A program made the position numbers and the translations under genes. Below the pieces are notes generated by a model. That model did no database searches, was not told where the DNA came from, and saw only the letters and a program-made list of their open reading frames with translations. A stretch of DNA of 64,000 nt from positions 72,708-136,707 of the forward strand of contig CAWEJF010000007.1 of assembly GCA_963809345.1 (NCBI GenBank). Reading direction: 5' to 3'. This document shows, in pieces, positions 63,276 through 64,000 of the stretch. This DNA is from Candidatus Aminicenantes bacterium. GTDB taxonomy: Bacteria; Acidobacteriota; Aminicenantia; Aminicenantales; Saccharicenantaceae. Position 1 is the stretch's first letter. Each line of letters begins with the position of its first letter.

Positions 63276-64000
63276 ATGAGGATGGATCTGGACACGCTGC
63301 GGAAAAAGCGGGCCGCCCGGGATTCCCGAATCCTGGTGACGGGAGCGGCGGGGTTCCTCGGAAGCCACTTCGCCGTCGCCCTGCTCGAGGCGGGTTACCT
63401 GGTGACAGCCGTCGCCAGGCCCGCCAAGAAGCTCGGCGCCCAGGCCAGGATCGACCAGCTGGCCGACTGGTTCGCCCTTAAAGAAGAGGCCCGGCGCCGG
63501 CTCAATGTCATCGAAGGCGACATCCTCGATCCCGCCTGGGCCGCTGCCCAGGCCCAGACGGGACGGTTTGACGAGATCGTCCATTGCGCTTCGAGTACGG
63601 CCTTCAGCGAACGCAAGCGGGCCGAGGTCGAAGCGACGAACATCAACGGGCTCGAGAATGTCCTCGATTTCGCGGCCCGCAGCGGCTGCGGGTTCTTTCA
63701 CCACGTCAGCACCGCCTACGTCGCGGGAAAGCGGACCGGGCCCTGCGCGGAGGAATGGGTCGAGGCGGGTCCGTTCACGAACGTCTACGAGGAGACCAAG
63801 GCCCGAGGAGAGATCCTGGCCCGGGATGTCTGTCGGGCCGGAGGCATCCGGCTCAACGTCTACAGGCCGACCATCGTCTACGGCGATTCCCGGACGGGGC
63901 GCACATTGCGCTTCAACGCGCTCTATTACCCTGTCAAAGCGGCCGTCTACCTCCGCGACATCTACAACGCCGATATCCGCGAACGGGGCGGCCGCAAGGC
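63276..64000 (+). CDS. SDR-type NAD(P)-binding reductase, thioester/acyl-reductase-like (partial, runs off right edge)
   Basis: Not in the ORF track because there is no stop in the window. ATG 63276. My translation gives ILVTGAAGFLGSH, HHVSTAYVAG and YEETK (YxxxK), and is open to position 64000. Confidence 0.75.
   Translation, partial: MRMDLDTLRKKRAARDSRILVTGAAGFLGSHFAVALLEAGYLVTAVARPAKKLGAQARIDQLADWFALKEEARRRLNVIEGDILDPAWAAAQAQTGRFDEIVHCASSTAFSERKRAEVEATNINGLENVLDFAARSGCGFFHHVSTAYVAGKRTGPCAEEWVEAGPFTNVYEETKARGEILARDVCRAGGIRLNVYRPTIVYGDSRTGRTLRFNALYYPVKAAVYLRDIYNADIRERGGRK

Noticed and set aside
1-64000. CRISPR arrays, rRNA, prophage/integrase, toxin-antitoxin or known defence gene signatures
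   Set aside because: I found no regularly spaced direct repeats, no integrase, transposase or phage structural motifs, and no nuclease or defence-type domain combinations in any frame I read.

Overview
High-GC chromosomal segment from a diderm bacterium. The gene content (GWxTD proteins, CBM9/DUF5916 barrels, a CarboxypepD_reg-fused TonB-type barrel, heavy sigma-54 use) suggests an Acidobacteriota-like lineage, but that is inference only. I can support about 56 protein-coding features and found no rRNA, tRNA or CRISPR array. Layout: a peptidase/permease block (0.2-6.3 kb); a Gram-negative-type poly-gamma-glutamate locus (pgsB-pgsC-PGA system protein) behind a sigma-54 promoter (7.0-10.8 kb); a GWxTD / giant OM barrel / DUF5916 envelope cluster (11-21 kb); housekeeping genes (tyrS, thrC, trpS, pyrB, acyl-CoA ligase and others); an SBP - histidine kinase - sigma-54 activator - CheY module (45.4-50.6 kb); a MacB-type ABC operon; and a ubiE - FeS/FAD oxidoreductase - reductase cluster at the right edge. 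Non-routine observations: (1) five TGGCAC-N5-TTGC-type sigma-54 promoters, three of which carry a shared CTGTAAA(A) upstream motif around the activator gene; (2) a 235-bp imperfect-palindrome MITE-like element with 21-nt terminal inverted repeats and A8 on both flanks, inserted in a terminator T-tract, plus a partial second copy 37 kb away; (3) four otherwise intact genes (pgsB, a DUF5916 paralog, an HTH-TM-TPR regulator, an ATL/MGMT-family gene) that each need the same one-base +1 frame correction; (4) two ORFs below the track threshold with ATGA coupling (a 51-aa two-TM miniprotein and a 50-codon leader ORF); (5) a coiled-coil protein with both a lipoprotein signal and a C-terminal TM anchor. 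I found no recognisable defence system, prophage or toxin module. Nothing here can be called a new system from sequence alone, and all family calls come from motif reading without database searches.
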